In this document: positions 1 through 9,591 of the stretch, piece after piece | Numbering within the stretch: position 1 is the stretch's first letter | Layout of the letters: each line of letters opens with the position of its first letter | IMG/VR virus record: IMGVR_UViG_3300032046_003054 | Location: 1 to 56,846 of that record | Reading direction: 5' to 3' (one strand) | From: a virus | Taxonomy: Duplodnaviria; Caudoviricetes | DNA: 56,846 nucleotides | Made by a program: the position numbers and the translations under genes | The notes under the pieces: model-generated | What the model was told of the DNA's origin: nothing | Database searches by the model: none | What the model saw: only the letters and a program-made list of their open reading frames with translations

Positions 1-127
1 GGTGAGTATCCCCGTCCATCTTAATCCCGTGGCGTTCCTCACCTAAAAGACCCTTATCAGTCACCGTGTTATAATAGACTGTGGCTATTAAAGGCAACGC
101 AAACGAGGGAATAGAAGTTGCCTGTGA
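1..127. repeat. Exact 127-bp direct repeat of 55806-55932; diverged similarity continues to ~375
   Basis: Base-by-base identity with first mismatch at 128/55933. Confidence 0.95.
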
Positions 128-1012
128 TAAAACCCCAGAAGCATTATAGTAAACCCAATTCATTCCCGTTGCGTCATCTATTGTAATTGAAGTGGTAGTC
201 TTGGAAGTCTTAACTCCATTGATATAAATATCATGATTGCCTGTAATGGTAAACACTCTTGTTGCATTTACAAAACTTAATGTTGCAGTTCTATCCACAA
301 ATCCAGATGGTTCAGTCATTGCGGTAAATACGGTAGGGATTACTACGGAGTTAAATGTCCCTATGCCTGTGGTGGTGAGGTCGCCTGTGAATAAACTATC
401 CCCTGTCGCATTGATGGCGTAAGTTCCGTCTAAAATACTAACTACATTAGTTCCATTATTAATATACAATGCAATTGTTCCATCTGCTAAATAAATATAA
501 TTTGTTAAATCTGTAAAAATTCCAGCAGAACTTCCTAAACCTTTATATGCAGTAATACCAGCTGTTGCATTTGCAAGATAAACTTGTGTTCCACCATCAG
601 TAAAATATCCTGCCCACGTTCCAATGTCATCCCCTAATACCGCCTGATAAGTTGTGCCGAATGTTCCTTTGGCTGTGGTGGTAATAGATCCTGAACCCAT
701 ATCAAGACCCCACGTTGAATCTACTGGATAAATTTTAACTCCATCACCATACCAATAAGAAGCTGAACCTATCCCACCAGAAATCCCTCCAAGCACAGTA
801 TCTGATAAATAAATAGTTTGACCAGGATATATAATATCTGGATTAATTATTTGAGAATTAAGATTCTTTAAATCAGTAAAACTTATCCCATTATTTTGAG
901 CAATATTATATAAATTATCTCCAGATTGCACCGTATAATTTCCATATACAAAATTGGCGAATGAAGATAATCCGATTAAGGCCAACGTAATAATGATTGT
1001 TTTTTTGTTCAT
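1..1012 (-). CDS. Signal peptide + LysM + fibre-like protein (runs off window start; ~890 aa if joined to 55805-54145)
   Basis: Hand-translated, absent from ORF track: MNKKTIIITLALIGLSSFANFVYG, then LysM YTVQSGDNLYNIAQNNGISFTDLKNLNSQIINPDIIYPGQTIYL, then a G/T-rich beta region that becomes near-identical to the 845-aa ORF. Confidence 0.85.
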   Translation of the reverse strand, partial: MNKKTIIITLALIGLSSFANFVYGNYTVQSGDNLYNIAQNNGISFTDLKNLNSQIINPDIIYPGQTIYLSDTVLGGISGGIGSASYWYGDGVKIYPVDSTWGLDMGSGSITTTAKGTFGTTYQAVLGDDIGTWAGYFTDGGTQVYLANATAGITAYKGLGSSAGIFTDLTNYIYLADGTIALYINNGTNVVSILDGTYAINATGDSLFTGDLTTTGIGTFNSVVIPTVFTAMTEPSGFVDRTATLSFVNATRVFTITGNHDIYINGVKTSKTTTSITIDDATGMNWVYYNASGVLSQATSIPSFALPLIATVYYNTVTDKGLLGEERHGIKMDGDTH

Positions 1013-1016
1013 AATT

Positions 1017-1886
1017 TTATGTCCAGCATACTATCTCACAAACTTGATTTGCTGTTGGACTTTGAAAATAAATAGTTTTTCCAGTTAATTTTACCATATC
1101 TAAATGCATTGAAGCTCCGAATGGAATAGTTACATAATTACTACCGGATTCGTTAACCGTAAATGCCATTTTTAATAATGCATTAAGTGCTCTTAATTTT
1201 ACATCAATAATTCTTACATTATTTGGAAGTACCTGTGAATATTCTGTATCAGCCAAAGTCATTGAAACATTATAAATTGTTGGGGCTGATGCTAATTCCG
1301 TATTATCTTCTATTTCCTCCAGCTCATTCTCCGTTTTTGTTAAATCAATTCCAACTCCTCCTCCAAGATTAGTATTAAATTGTGCAGTATAAAAATATTT
1401 ACCATCTTTATCTACCAACCTTACTGGAATTGCTTCTGTGGTTTCTTTATTGCTCACAAAGGCGGAAATCGCCGCCTTTAATCTTGAAACAAGATTTTTT
1501 ATCGCTTCAACAATAATGGGCGAATCTGACTTAGGAAAATTCTTAACTTCTATCTTTTCTGGAAATTTCGGAATTTCAACTTTCGGAATTTCAATTTGGT
1601 TCTTAACAATTATTTCTTTGGTTTCACCCTCCTTTTTTATCAATTCATCTACCTTATTACATAATTCATCTATACTTTTTGCCTTTGAAACCTCCGTTAG
1701 ATATTTGCTTGTCAATATCTCATTTAAAGTTTTTCTTTCTTCTGAAAAAAATTTGGTCAGCTTTTCAATTGCCTCACCTATCTTTTTGTTTCCAATTTCT
1801 TCTGTCTTTTTTTCAGCATCCTTAACAACACCTCCAAGAATATCATCAAGACCTTTTTTTAATTTTTCTAAATCTTCTTTATTCAT
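1017..1886 (-). CDS. Hypothetical, probably virion-associated protein
   Basis: 289 aa, coiled-coil N-terminus and beta-rich C-terminus, overlaps the portal stop. Confidence 0.55.
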   Translation of the reverse strand: MNKEDLEKLKKGLDDILGGVVKDAEKKTEEIGNKKIGEAIEKLTKFFSEERKTLNEILTSKYLTEVSKAKSIDELCNKVDELIKKEGETKEIIVKNQIEIPKVEIPKFPEKIEVKNFPKSDSPIIVEAIKNLVSRLKAAISAFVSNKETTEAIPVRLVDKDGKYFYTAQFNTNLGGGVGIDLTKTENELEEIEDNTELASAPTIYNVSMTLADTEYSQVLPNNVRIIDVKLRALNALLKMAFTVNESGSNYVTIPFGASMHLDMVKLTGKTIYFQSPTANQVCEIVCWT

Positions 1887-4113
1887 CTTTTTCAGAGATT
1901 AAACTCTCCACTTTTTCTCTGGTTTTTTTTAATTTTTGTATTTCTTCATCCATCTCCATTTTTTTATCATCAATTTCATTTTTAATGTTTCTCTGACCAA
2001 TGATAGGAATTATCGTGCACCTGCAATTAACGTGGAGCGGGGGATATTGAACATTACCGTGAACAACATTTTTGAAACTTTCATCTAAATCAACAATCTC
2101 TCCGTCCATTGCCGCACATTCTTCGCAAGTTGCCTCATCAAAAGCAGTAAGCCATTCTTCTGCTTCTACCACACCCGACTGCCTGTATCCCTCTTCTGTT
2201 GCGAAATTAGTAGCCCTTGAAGTCTCCGTTCTCGCTATCCTGAAAGACCTTATTCCTTCGCAGTTGTCAAATACCTCGTTTATCCTTCCAGCAATCTTCC
2301 CAATACCTTCACCTTCCCTTATCCCCACTTCAAGTGCTTCTCTAATAAGTTTATTAGTATGCTCATTCACCTGTTGGGCAAATATAATAGGTTTCTTTTT
2401 AAGAAAAGAAATAATCTGGGCGGTAGCCATATCAAGACTTCCATTAATTCCAACATAGGTCAATGCCAATTTTCCTTCCTCTTTAAGTATCTCTTTAATC
2501 AAAGGGGTAAGAGATATCACAAATGTCGTGCTCTCGCTTGCCTCGTCAAGCAGAATGCTTGAGATATTTATTGCCTTTTCTTCCAAATGTCTGATAACCG
2601 CCCTTCTCTGAACCTCAAAAAGTTTCTTTAATTCAGTCCTAAATCTTCCCTCAAACTTTTCAGAAATATAAATCTGCTGTCTCCAAAATTTCTCTTCTTT
2701 TGACATCTCAATCTTCTCTTTTTTCTCTCCGTTCTTTTTCCTCTTATCAACCAGATAATCTCTAACAATCTTCCCTATCCCATCTTTTATAATTTTCATC
2801 TCCTTCCCCCTTCCGTGAATCTTTTTTAAGATATTCTTTCCTTTGATTGTTTTGCCTTCCGCTGGAGTATTGGGTTCTCCCAATGGCATCAAACTGAAGG
2901 GAATGTAAATCTGGTCTCCGCCATCAACGGGCTCCAAGCCTCTCTCCTTCCTCACCTCATTCCTTGTCATCCACCCGCCCGCAAGGGCAGAATCGTAAAC
3001 TTTCAGTTTGCTCTCCACATTTTCTGGAACTGGGTCTTCAAAATCAAGCCACAGATTGTCCCCGAACAAAGGGACAAAAAATTCGTTCAGTTGTTCAACT
3101 ATCCTCTTCATCTTGGGTTTTATCGTCCATCTGGCAAAGGCGTATGCCCCCGTCTCTGCGTTCGCCAAATTGACATTATCAGTAATTGCAATCACGGATT
3201 TTGGAACCCTGAAAATGGAAAGGATTTTGTCCCTTGTAAATCTTTGCTGTTCCAAAAAGTCCATATCCTTCTGCGATATCTGCATCGCCTGATAACTCAA
3301 ACCCTTCTCCAGTATCGCCATCTTCCCAGATTTTTTCATCCCCTTGAATTTCTTGTTCCACAAATCTTCAAGGTATTTTCTCTGCTCTTTTGTTAAAACT
3401 TGTTCTGTTTTTAAAATAGCATCTGGTCTTGCGGAATTGTACATAAATCTGAGGTTCCACTCTTCCGAATACTTGTCCAGATTAACCGTCTGTTCGGCGG
3501 CTTCAAGAGTCCCCCTTCCCCTCAATGGCTTTACGGGGTTGGGATATTTAATCAAAATTATATCGTCCTTTTCAAAACGCTCTTCTGTTCCATCGTCTTT
3601 TCTATACATATAATAATTAATCAGTCTTTCTCTATCATACTCTATTTTCAACCTGTCTGGTCTCAGCAAATAAATGGAAATTATCTCATCTCCATTTCTT
3701 TCCAAAGCCCAAGGTGCCTCTCCAGAAAGTTCAAGGTATTCCTGCGTCAACCAGAAATGGTCAAACTTGGTGGTAAAATCATTTACCCTGTATAAAACAT
3801 CCAGCAAAGGATGCTCAAAAGTTTCCTTCATCTCTCCACCACCGCCTATCTCGTACAAGTGAAATTCAATTGAGGCAATCTCGTCGCAAATAGCAGACAC
3901 ACAAGAATATACCCAGCCCGTTGCCGACTTTAAATAGTCTATTGGCATCATTCCTTGAGGCAATGTTTCATAAATCCCCTCGTAATCATCTGGTATTTCT
4001 TCCCAAGATACTGACTTCTTTTTAGATAATTTTTCTACTAAAACAATTGGTGCTTTTGAATAACCTAATTTCTCTAAAACGAAATTGACTGGTTTTAAAA
4101 ATGGATTTTCCAT
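1879..4113 (-). CDS. HK97-family portal fused to MuF/SPP1 gp7 minor head domain
   Basis: Portal motifs WVYSCVSAI, LRPDR, DMDFLEQQRF, GWMTRNEVR; MuF motifs RIARTET, WLTAFD..CEEC, PPLHVNCRC. Confidence 0.92.
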   Translation of the reverse strand: MENPFLKPVNFVLEKLGYSKAPIVLVEKLSKKKSVSWEEIPDDYEGIYETLPQGMMPIDYLKSATGWVYSCVSAICDEIASIEFHLYEIGGGGEMKETFEHPLLDVLYRVNDFTTKFDHFWLTQEYLELSGEAPWALERNGDEIISIYLLRPDRLKIEYDRERLINYYMYRKDDGTEERFEKDDIILIKYPNPVKPLRGRGTLEAAEQTVNLDKYSEEWNLRFMYNSARPDAILKTEQVLTKEQRKYLEDLWNKKFKGMKKSGKMAILEKGLSYQAMQISQKDMDFLEQQRFTRDKILSIFRVPKSVIAITDNVNLANAETGAYAFARWTIKPKMKRIVEQLNEFFVPLFGDNLWLDFEDPVPENVESKLKVYDSALAGGWMTRNEVRKERGLEPVDGGDQIYIPFSLMPLGEPNTPAEGKTIKGKNILKKIHGRGKEMKIIKDGIGKIVRDYLVDKRKKNGEKKEKIEMSKEEKFWRQQIYISEKFEGRFRTELKKLFEVQRRAVIRHLEEKAINISSILLDEASESTTFVISLTPLIKEILKEEGKLALTYVGINGSLDMATAQIISFLKKKPIIFAQQVNEHTNKLIREALEVGIREGEGIGKIAGRINEVFDNCEGIRSFRIARTETSRATNFATEEGYRQSGVVEAEEWLTAFDEATCEECAAMDGEIVDLDESFKNVVHGNVQYPPLHVNCRCTIIPIIGQRNIKNEIDDKKMEMDEEIQKLKKTREKVESLISEKDE

Positions 4114-4138
4114 AAAAAATTATTATATTTTTATTTCT

Positions 4139-4175
4139 AAAAAACCACAGATAAGCAATTGCTCACCTGCGGTTT
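4139..4175 (-). terminator. Intrinsic terminator-like hairpin in portal leader (copy A)
   Basis: AAACCGCAGGTGAGC-AATT-GCTTATCTGTGGTTT followed by U-tract. Confidence 0.8.
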
Positions 4176-4201
4176 CTCCGTAAGGCTTTGTATTATTTAA
4201 T

Positions 4202-4229
4202 ATTATAATTAATGAAGCGTGTGTGTCAA
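4202..4229 (-). promoter_or_regulatory. Sigma70-type promoter upstream of portal
   Basis: TTGACA-N16-TATAAT. Confidence 0.75.
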
Positions 4230-4235
4230 GCATTT

Positions 4236-4430
4236 TTAATCATTTGATAAACAAAAGGTTTCTTCAACTGTAATAATTTTTGGTTTTCCATTGTTGATTG
4301 TTATTTCCTTAACCTCTTTTTTATCAAAATAAATTTTGCCGAAGTTCATAACTTCAATCCTGTTAACAAGATTGTATAGTTCCCTATCGTACTTTTTTAA
4401 TATTATAATTTTCTCATTATCTTTTTCCAT
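4236..4430 (-). CDS. Small DUF2292/YezD-like protein
   Basis: 64 aa; helix followed by FGKI...EITINNGKP beta pattern; resemblance judged by eye. Confidence 0.45.
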   Translation of the reverse strand: MEKDNEKIIILKKYDRELYNLVNRIEVMNFGKIYFDKKEVKEITINNGKPKIITVEETFCLSND

Positions 4431-5271
4431 TTTTTATTTTTTCAATTAAATCTTGAAATTCTTTTATGCTCTGCTTGATATCCCATTTTTCTCTTACTTC
4501 TTTCAACCTCAACTCCGCCTCTTTTTTCCTTTCCTTTGGATTCAAAAATCTAATGACATCTTCTTTATTTCTGGCGACTGGCATCCCCAATGCCCAAGCG
4601 GTCAGGGTCTTGTTTGTTGATTTGAATTTTCCCCTCGGTCTGATGTCATCTGGCAACAAAACAAAATCGTGTTCAAGAATCACATCATTAAAACTCCACT
4701 CAGGATTTTCATACTCATATTTTACATTTACATCCGCCTTGATGTATGGCGGTCTGCAATCCGACAAAACCGTCAGTTCCAGATTAAGTTTCTTCAGCGT
4801 TGCAATCGTCGGGTCTAAAAGCTTGGCATTCTGCGAATAGCCAAACCATATTACTTTCTTCGCCTTTTCATCTGTGTGAACTTTCTGCTTGTTGTGGAAA
4901 CTCAAATCCTGCCTGTCTGGTATGAAAACAACGGGCTTGTCCGTGAACTGCTCTATCGCCTCTTTCAGCCCCTCGCTTGAAACTGTGACGGCATCGCAGT
5001 TGTCAATCACCTCTTTTATGGGAACTGTGTCCAGCCAATCTGCGTCACAAATATCCAGTATCTTTATCCCCTTGAATGCCTTAACATAATCCAACATATA
5101 CACCTTCTGAAAAATAATAGTTTCATATATAGCACCTTGCTGAAATAACTCCGCCTCCTCCCAGTTCCTGACATACCAATGACCCCTCAATCTTGAACTG
5201 CCTATTTCTTTACGATTATGAAATTGTTCAAATAAAAGTATCCCTATCGGTTTTTTGTTGTATATTGACAT
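4417..5271 (-). CDS. GT-B-like glycosyltransferase
   Basis: SSRLRG, IIFQK, ILDICD, VIWFGYS, KSTNKTLTAWALGMPV. Confidence 0.75.
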   Translation of the reverse strand: MSIYNKKPIGILLFEQFHNRKEIGSSRLRGHWYVRNWEEAELFQQGAIYETIIFQKVYMLDYVKAFKGIKILDICDADWLDTVPIKEVIDNCDAVTVSSEGLKEAIEQFTDKPVVFIPDRQDLSFHNKQKVHTDEKAKKVIWFGYSQNAKLLDPTIATLKKLNLELTVLSDCRPPYIKADVNVKYEYENPEWSFNDVILEHDFVLLPDDIRPRGKFKSTNKTLTAWALGMPVARNKEDVIRFLNPKERKKEAELRLKEVREKWDIKQSIKEFQDLIEKIKNGKR

Positions 5272-5273
5272 AA

Positions 5274-6346
5274 TTATATTTTCGTGTTTAATGCTTTTGA
5301 AATCAAATTTCGCCAGTCACTCTGGAAACGTTCCTTGCTAAATAATTTTAGAGCGGTCTCCTTTCCCCTCTGACCGATTTCCACCGCTTCCTTGTAATTG
5401 AATATGCACCACGCTATCTTTTTTGCGGCATCCTCTGGGTCATCCCTGCATATAAAACCATTGACCCCGTCTTCTATGAAAGTGTCGGCATCCTGATGCT
5501 TTGTTGAAACCACACAGCATCCGCTGAACATCGCCTCAGTCCTCGTCCTCGGCATTGGCGAGCCGATTGTCGGGTTGAAATACACCAGCGTCTTTGACAT
5601 AAAATCACGATACTCTTCAAAGGAAGCGAAGTTGGAGTCCTGTGCAATCCATATCATCTCTATCCCATATTTGTTTTTCAGAAGCTCTCTGGTTTCGTTA
5701 AAAAGGTTTCTCCCGTAATACTTCTCCCCGATACCTGCGGCAGAAATAAAGGTGGCACACCTCGGCTCCTTGACATTATCACGCCAGTCCTTCTCGTCCA
5801 GCCCGTGGATTATTGTCTGACCCCAGCCCCACTGCTCCCTCGCCTTGTGAGAATTGACCACCATCTCCCTGACATTCCTGTTGCTCTTGACAAGTTCCTC
5901 CATTTTCTTTTTAGCCCAGACCATTGAGTTCTCTTCTGTCGCCCCGTATCCGTCCAGAACACACATTTGCATAAACATTTCGGGGTAGACAGGCGTCCCG
6001 TGATTTATCACTATAATCGGGATATCATCTATCTGCTCCAAGAGTTGCCTGAAAAGTTTCGCCTTTCCCAGATGGAGAACAAGACACTGCTGGTCTGCGT
6101 GCAGAATTGCCAAGTCGTATTTCCCCTTCTCGTAATAAGGCGTCCACTTCAAGTGCGAAGGCATCATCCTCGCCCTGTTGTCCCACTTCCTTGTGTAGTT
6201 TATAAGATAAGTCCAGTCAATAAAGTCCATCTTCAAAAGTTCCGCCTGATGGGAAATATGCTTTTTCAGTGCCACGGAACTGAGAAGACCCTGATTTTTC
6301 GGGTTGGTAGTTCCGTGGCACTTTTTATATTATTATTTATTTCCAT
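5274..6346 (-). CDS. GT4 glycosyltransferase interrupted near the N-terminus (main ORF 5274-6275, upstream segment 6346-6266)
   Basis: EAMFSGCCVVS and IEDGVNGF GT4 motifs; first beta-strand KIRVFSVPWH lies in another frame ending in TGA. Confidence 0.8.
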
Positions 6347-6391
6347 ATTGTTTTGTTTAAAAATAATTTTTCCAATAATCTCTACGACCTT

Positions 6392-7138
6392 TTATTTTTC
6401 CGCTTTTTTAATATCCTCCTCCTGCCTCAAAAAGTTGCAATGCCGACACAATTCAATCTTCTCCCGCTCGCCCTTTCTCAGCCACTCCCTAATCTGCCTG
6501 AACTTCGGGCAGTTCCAGAGCTTGAGCACATCCTCGTCCATAACATTTCCAGCCACGGTCGTGTAGTAGTAATCGGAACAGCACAGCACCATATCGCCCA
6601 GATAGTTTATCATAACCTGTTGCAGTCCCTTGGGGCAGGGTCTCCTAACCAGAACATCGGGACCGACATCTATGTTTCCCCCACGGTTCATAAAAACCTT
6701 ATTCCTGTCCTGCTCAAAAATCTTTAGCAACCTGACACTGACCCCATCCTCCATATCCTTGAACCTTTTATATGTCTCCTCACGGTAGCAAGTAATCAAA
6801 ATCTGGCTCAGCCCCTTCTCAAAAAGCATACGCACATAATCTTGGTCAATGGCGATTCCGTTGCTCCCAATCATAATGGGATTGTCTGGGAATAATGCCC
6901 TTGTCCGCCTAATCCAATCTGGCAGACGCTTATCCAATGTCGGCTCGTTAAAGTCGTATGGCGAAATCCTGCCCCTGAAATCCATCTTCTTCAAGTCGTC
7001 CATTATCTTAAAGTAAATACGCTCCTCCATCAGCTCCCCGTGCTTCTCAATCTTTGAGTTGGGGCAGGTCGGGCAGTTGAGGTTGCACCCGTGATAGGTC
7101 TCAATTTGAATTATCTTAAACTCATCTAATTTAGTCAT
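6392..7138 (-). CDS. Radical SAM/SPASM-domain protein
   Basis: CNLNCPTC, FNEP, NRGG, INYLGDMVLCC, C-terminal CxxC. Confidence 0.92.
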   Translation of the reverse strand: MTKLDEFKIIQIETYHGCNLNCPTCPNSKIEKHGELMEERIYFKIMDDLKKMDFRGRISPYDFNEPTLDKRLPDWIRRTRALFPDNPIMIGSNGIAIDQDYVRMLFEKGLSQILITCYREETYKRFKDMEDGVSVRLLKIFEQDRNKVFMNRGGNIDVGPDVLVRRPCPKGLQQVMINYLGDMVLCCSDYYYTTVAGNVMDEDVLKLWNCPKFRQIREWLRKGEREKIELCRHCNFLRQEEDIKKAEK

Positions 7139-8712
7139 AATGTTTTGTCCCCGAACAATTTATAGTTTAACAATTTCGCCCGAATCATATCCTTCCTCTT
7201 TTGGGGCGTCATCTTGCTTGACCTCATTTCAGTCGCCTTGGCACTGGGAAGATATTCCAACTTGAAATCCTGCTCCCTATAACGGGTTCTCAGTTCCTGC
7301 GAAGCCCCGCCCCAAACATCTATCCTCTCATTGAACATCCCCGCCATAATCAGATGCTTCCTGCGGATGGCACTAAAATTCTCAACAAAACTCTTCTTGC
7401 CCCCCCCTTTTTCCCCGAAGAACCAAATCTTTTTTTCATCAGCCATAATGGCATCAACAAAATTTTTGACAGCATTTTTATCTGGGCAGAACCTGCTGTC
7501 ACAGAAAACCAGAATGTCTCCAATCGCCTCAACCACTCCCAGATTGCGAGCCATCGCCAGATTGTATCCCTCCCTTTCGGTGTATATCTGCTTGACCGTT
7601 ATCTTTGCATCAAAAATAATCTCCCTTTTTTCCACCTCATCCCAGACCACAACCGCCTCAATGTTCTTGTGCGTCTGCTCGGACAGGGCGTCAATGATTT
7701 TTCTGACCAAATCTTCCCTGTCATAAGTTGCTGGTATAATAACACTAACACAGGACTGGTCAGGAAACATCACGGAATTATAAAGTTTCTCATATTCCTT
7801 TGCCAAATACTGGGGCGTGAATCTCTTGACCGCCTGCCAACCATTATTTCTCAGCTTCTTCCTCAGCTCCAAATCCTCCATTGCCCTTTTGATTTTCTCC
7901 TTCATCTGCTCATAGTTTCCATACTCAAATAAAAGAACATCCCTCTCATCCTCAACAATATCCGCCGCCATACCGTTTGGCGTGGTCACCACAGGAACTC
8001 CGCAGGCAAGTGCCTCCAAGAAAGGGAGAGTGCCTCCTTCGTGGTCAGGTTCGCTGTTGCCGACATACAGGGCTATGCTCTTAAAAAAGTTAAGCCTCTG
8101 CTCGTCTGGGCACTGGTAGAAATCATACCTCATATTGTCCTTGTGCTCTTTTGGAATGCCATTCCAGTAGTCCAATTTGTCCAACTTTCCCATAATATAA
8201 AGCGGATATCCGAGTTCATAGCAAGCCCGAGCAATCTCCTTCAAGCCCTTCCACGGCACAACCCTTCCAGCATAACCCACCGCCATTTCCTTTGGCGAGT
8301 AGTCCTCAATCCATTCAAAGTAATCAAAGTCGGGGACATTCTCAATCTTCCTGACCCTCAAAGGATAAAGTTGATTCAGGGTGTTGTAATAGGCATTGGT
8401 CTTGACCACCAGAGCGTCAAAATCCTTCCACTTGTCCATCTGCTTATTTGGCATCGTATGATAAGTCAAAATCTTTTTTTTATCTTTTAATTCTGGTATT
8501 TTCTCGCAAAGTTGCCAAGCCACATTCCAATACTGGAAATCAACAATATCAACATCCTTGATTGCCTGCCTGATTTCTTCCAAGTGGTCTTCAATATCCC
8601 GTGGTGGACAATAAATAAGCTTCCACTCAATCTGTGGATTATACTTGCGGATGTAATTACACAACTGACCGATGCTCCAAGGTAAATCAGGAATTTGTAA
8701 AATTCTTAACAT
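7135..8712 (-). CDS. GT4 + GT2 bifunctional glycosyltransferase
   Basis: GYAGRVVPWKG, LEALACGVPV; then VSVIIPA, ARNLGV, ILVFCDS. Confidence 0.9.
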   Translation of the reverse strand: MLRILQIPDLPWSIGQLCNYIRKYNPQIEWKLIYCPPRDIEDHLEEIRQAIKDVDIVDFQYWNVAWQLCEKIPELKDKKKILTYHTMPNKQMDKWKDFDALVVKTNAYYNTLNQLYPLRVRKIENVPDFDYFEWIEDYSPKEMAVGYAGRVVPWKGLKEIARACYELGYPLYIMGKLDKLDYWNGIPKEHKDNMRYDFYQCPDEQRLNFFKSIALYVGNSEPDHEGGTLPFLEALACGVPVVTTPNGMAADIVEDERDVLLFEYGNYEQMKEKIKRAMEDLELRKKLRNNGWQAVKRFTPQYLAKEYEKLYNSVMFPDQSCVSVIIPATYDREDLVRKIIDALSEQTHKNIEAVVVWDEVEKREIIFDAKITVKQIYTEREGYNLAMARNLGVVEAIGDILVFCDSRFCPDKNAVKNFVDAIMADEKKIWFFGEKGGGKKSFVENFSAIRRKHLIMAGMFNERIDVWGGASQELRTRYREQDFKLEYLPSAKATEMRSSKMTPQKRKDMIRAKLLNYKLFGDKTL

Positions 8713-8923
8713 ATTTTTTAATCTTAATCCAAACTTTTTGATACCATTTCAATTTAATGATTTCAGATTCTTTGATTGTTTCGCTGATTGGCGAAACTTC
8801 TGGTGGCTTGTAAAACTTTATATTCTTGATTTCTTTCCTAATAACTCCAATATTGCTATCACATATTGCATGCATTCGTCCAGGAGTAATTCTAATTATT
8901 CTATAAATATCTACTTTTCGCAT
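8687..8923 (-). CDS. Hypothetical protein
   Basis: 78-aa ORF overlapping both neighbours in the operon. Confidence 0.5.
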   Translation of the reverse strand: MRKVDIYRIIRITPGRMHAICDSNIGVIRKEIKNIKFYKPPEVSPISETIKESEIIKLKWYQKVWIKIKKYVKNFTNS

Positions 8924-9468
8924 TCTACAATTATCTTATAAATGTTATCTTTGAACTTTATGTTCTTGAAACCAACATTTTTCAATTCTTCCTCCATTAT
9001 CTCTCTGGTAAAAATGTTCCTATGGTGGTCATAAGGATTTTTTGAAGCACCCGTAAAGCTGAAAAGCCAACGCACGGAATTTATCACCGCCTTCCCCTGA
9101 CACTTCTGACACTTCGGGTTGGCGACAAAACCTTCCTGACTTTCCGCTTTATGCGGAACGCATTCGCATATCTGCTTGTTGACATAATACTCCATCGCCT
9201 TTCCGCAGTCAGGAACCTGTATGTAAAGTGTGCCCCCATAATCCAAAATGCGATACCATTCTTTCAAAACCTTCGGGGTGTCCCTAAAAGACAAATGCTC
9301 CAAGAACTCTATTGCCACTATTTTATCTGCCTCATTATCTTTGGCGAATGGATAAGGAACATCCGTCAAATCGTAGACTATATCAACATTCCCCGCAATG
9401 TTGAGCGTGTCCACATTGACATAACCGCTTATTGATTTACGACCGCACCCGAAATTAAATTTCTTCAT
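8911..9468 (-). CDS. Class I SAM-dependent methyltransferase
   Basis: FNFGCG, YVNVD, EFLEHL, EWYRILDYGG.LYIQVPD. Confidence 0.88.
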   Translation of the reverse strand: MKKFNFGCGRKSISGYVNVDTLNIAGNVDIVYDLTDVPYPFAKDNEADKIVAIEFLEHLSFRDTPKVLKEWYRILDYGGTLYIQVPDCGKAMEYYVNKQICECVPHKAESQEGFVANPKCQKCQGKAVINSVRWLFSFTGASKNPYDHHRNIFTREIMEEELKNVGFKNIKFKDNIYKIIVECEK

Positions 9469-9591
9469 CTTCTAAAATCTCTTTAATTTTTTTAGTTATA
9501 TTTTCAGCAACATATTCTGCTCCTTTATTCCCGATTAAAACAATTGCCATTCCTGCTATCAAAGAATAAATTTGTTCTTCTTGTTCTTTTG

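Noticed and set aside
128-375. Diverged repeat pair with 55933-56180 as a DGR template/variable region
   Set aside because: Differences are mostly synonymous and not adenine-specific, and no reverse transcriptase is present
6266-6268. TGA recoding (alternative genetic code) to explain the GT4 break
   Set aside because: Read-through stays in the wrong frame and meets another TGA; other genes are intact in code 11 and use TGA as stop
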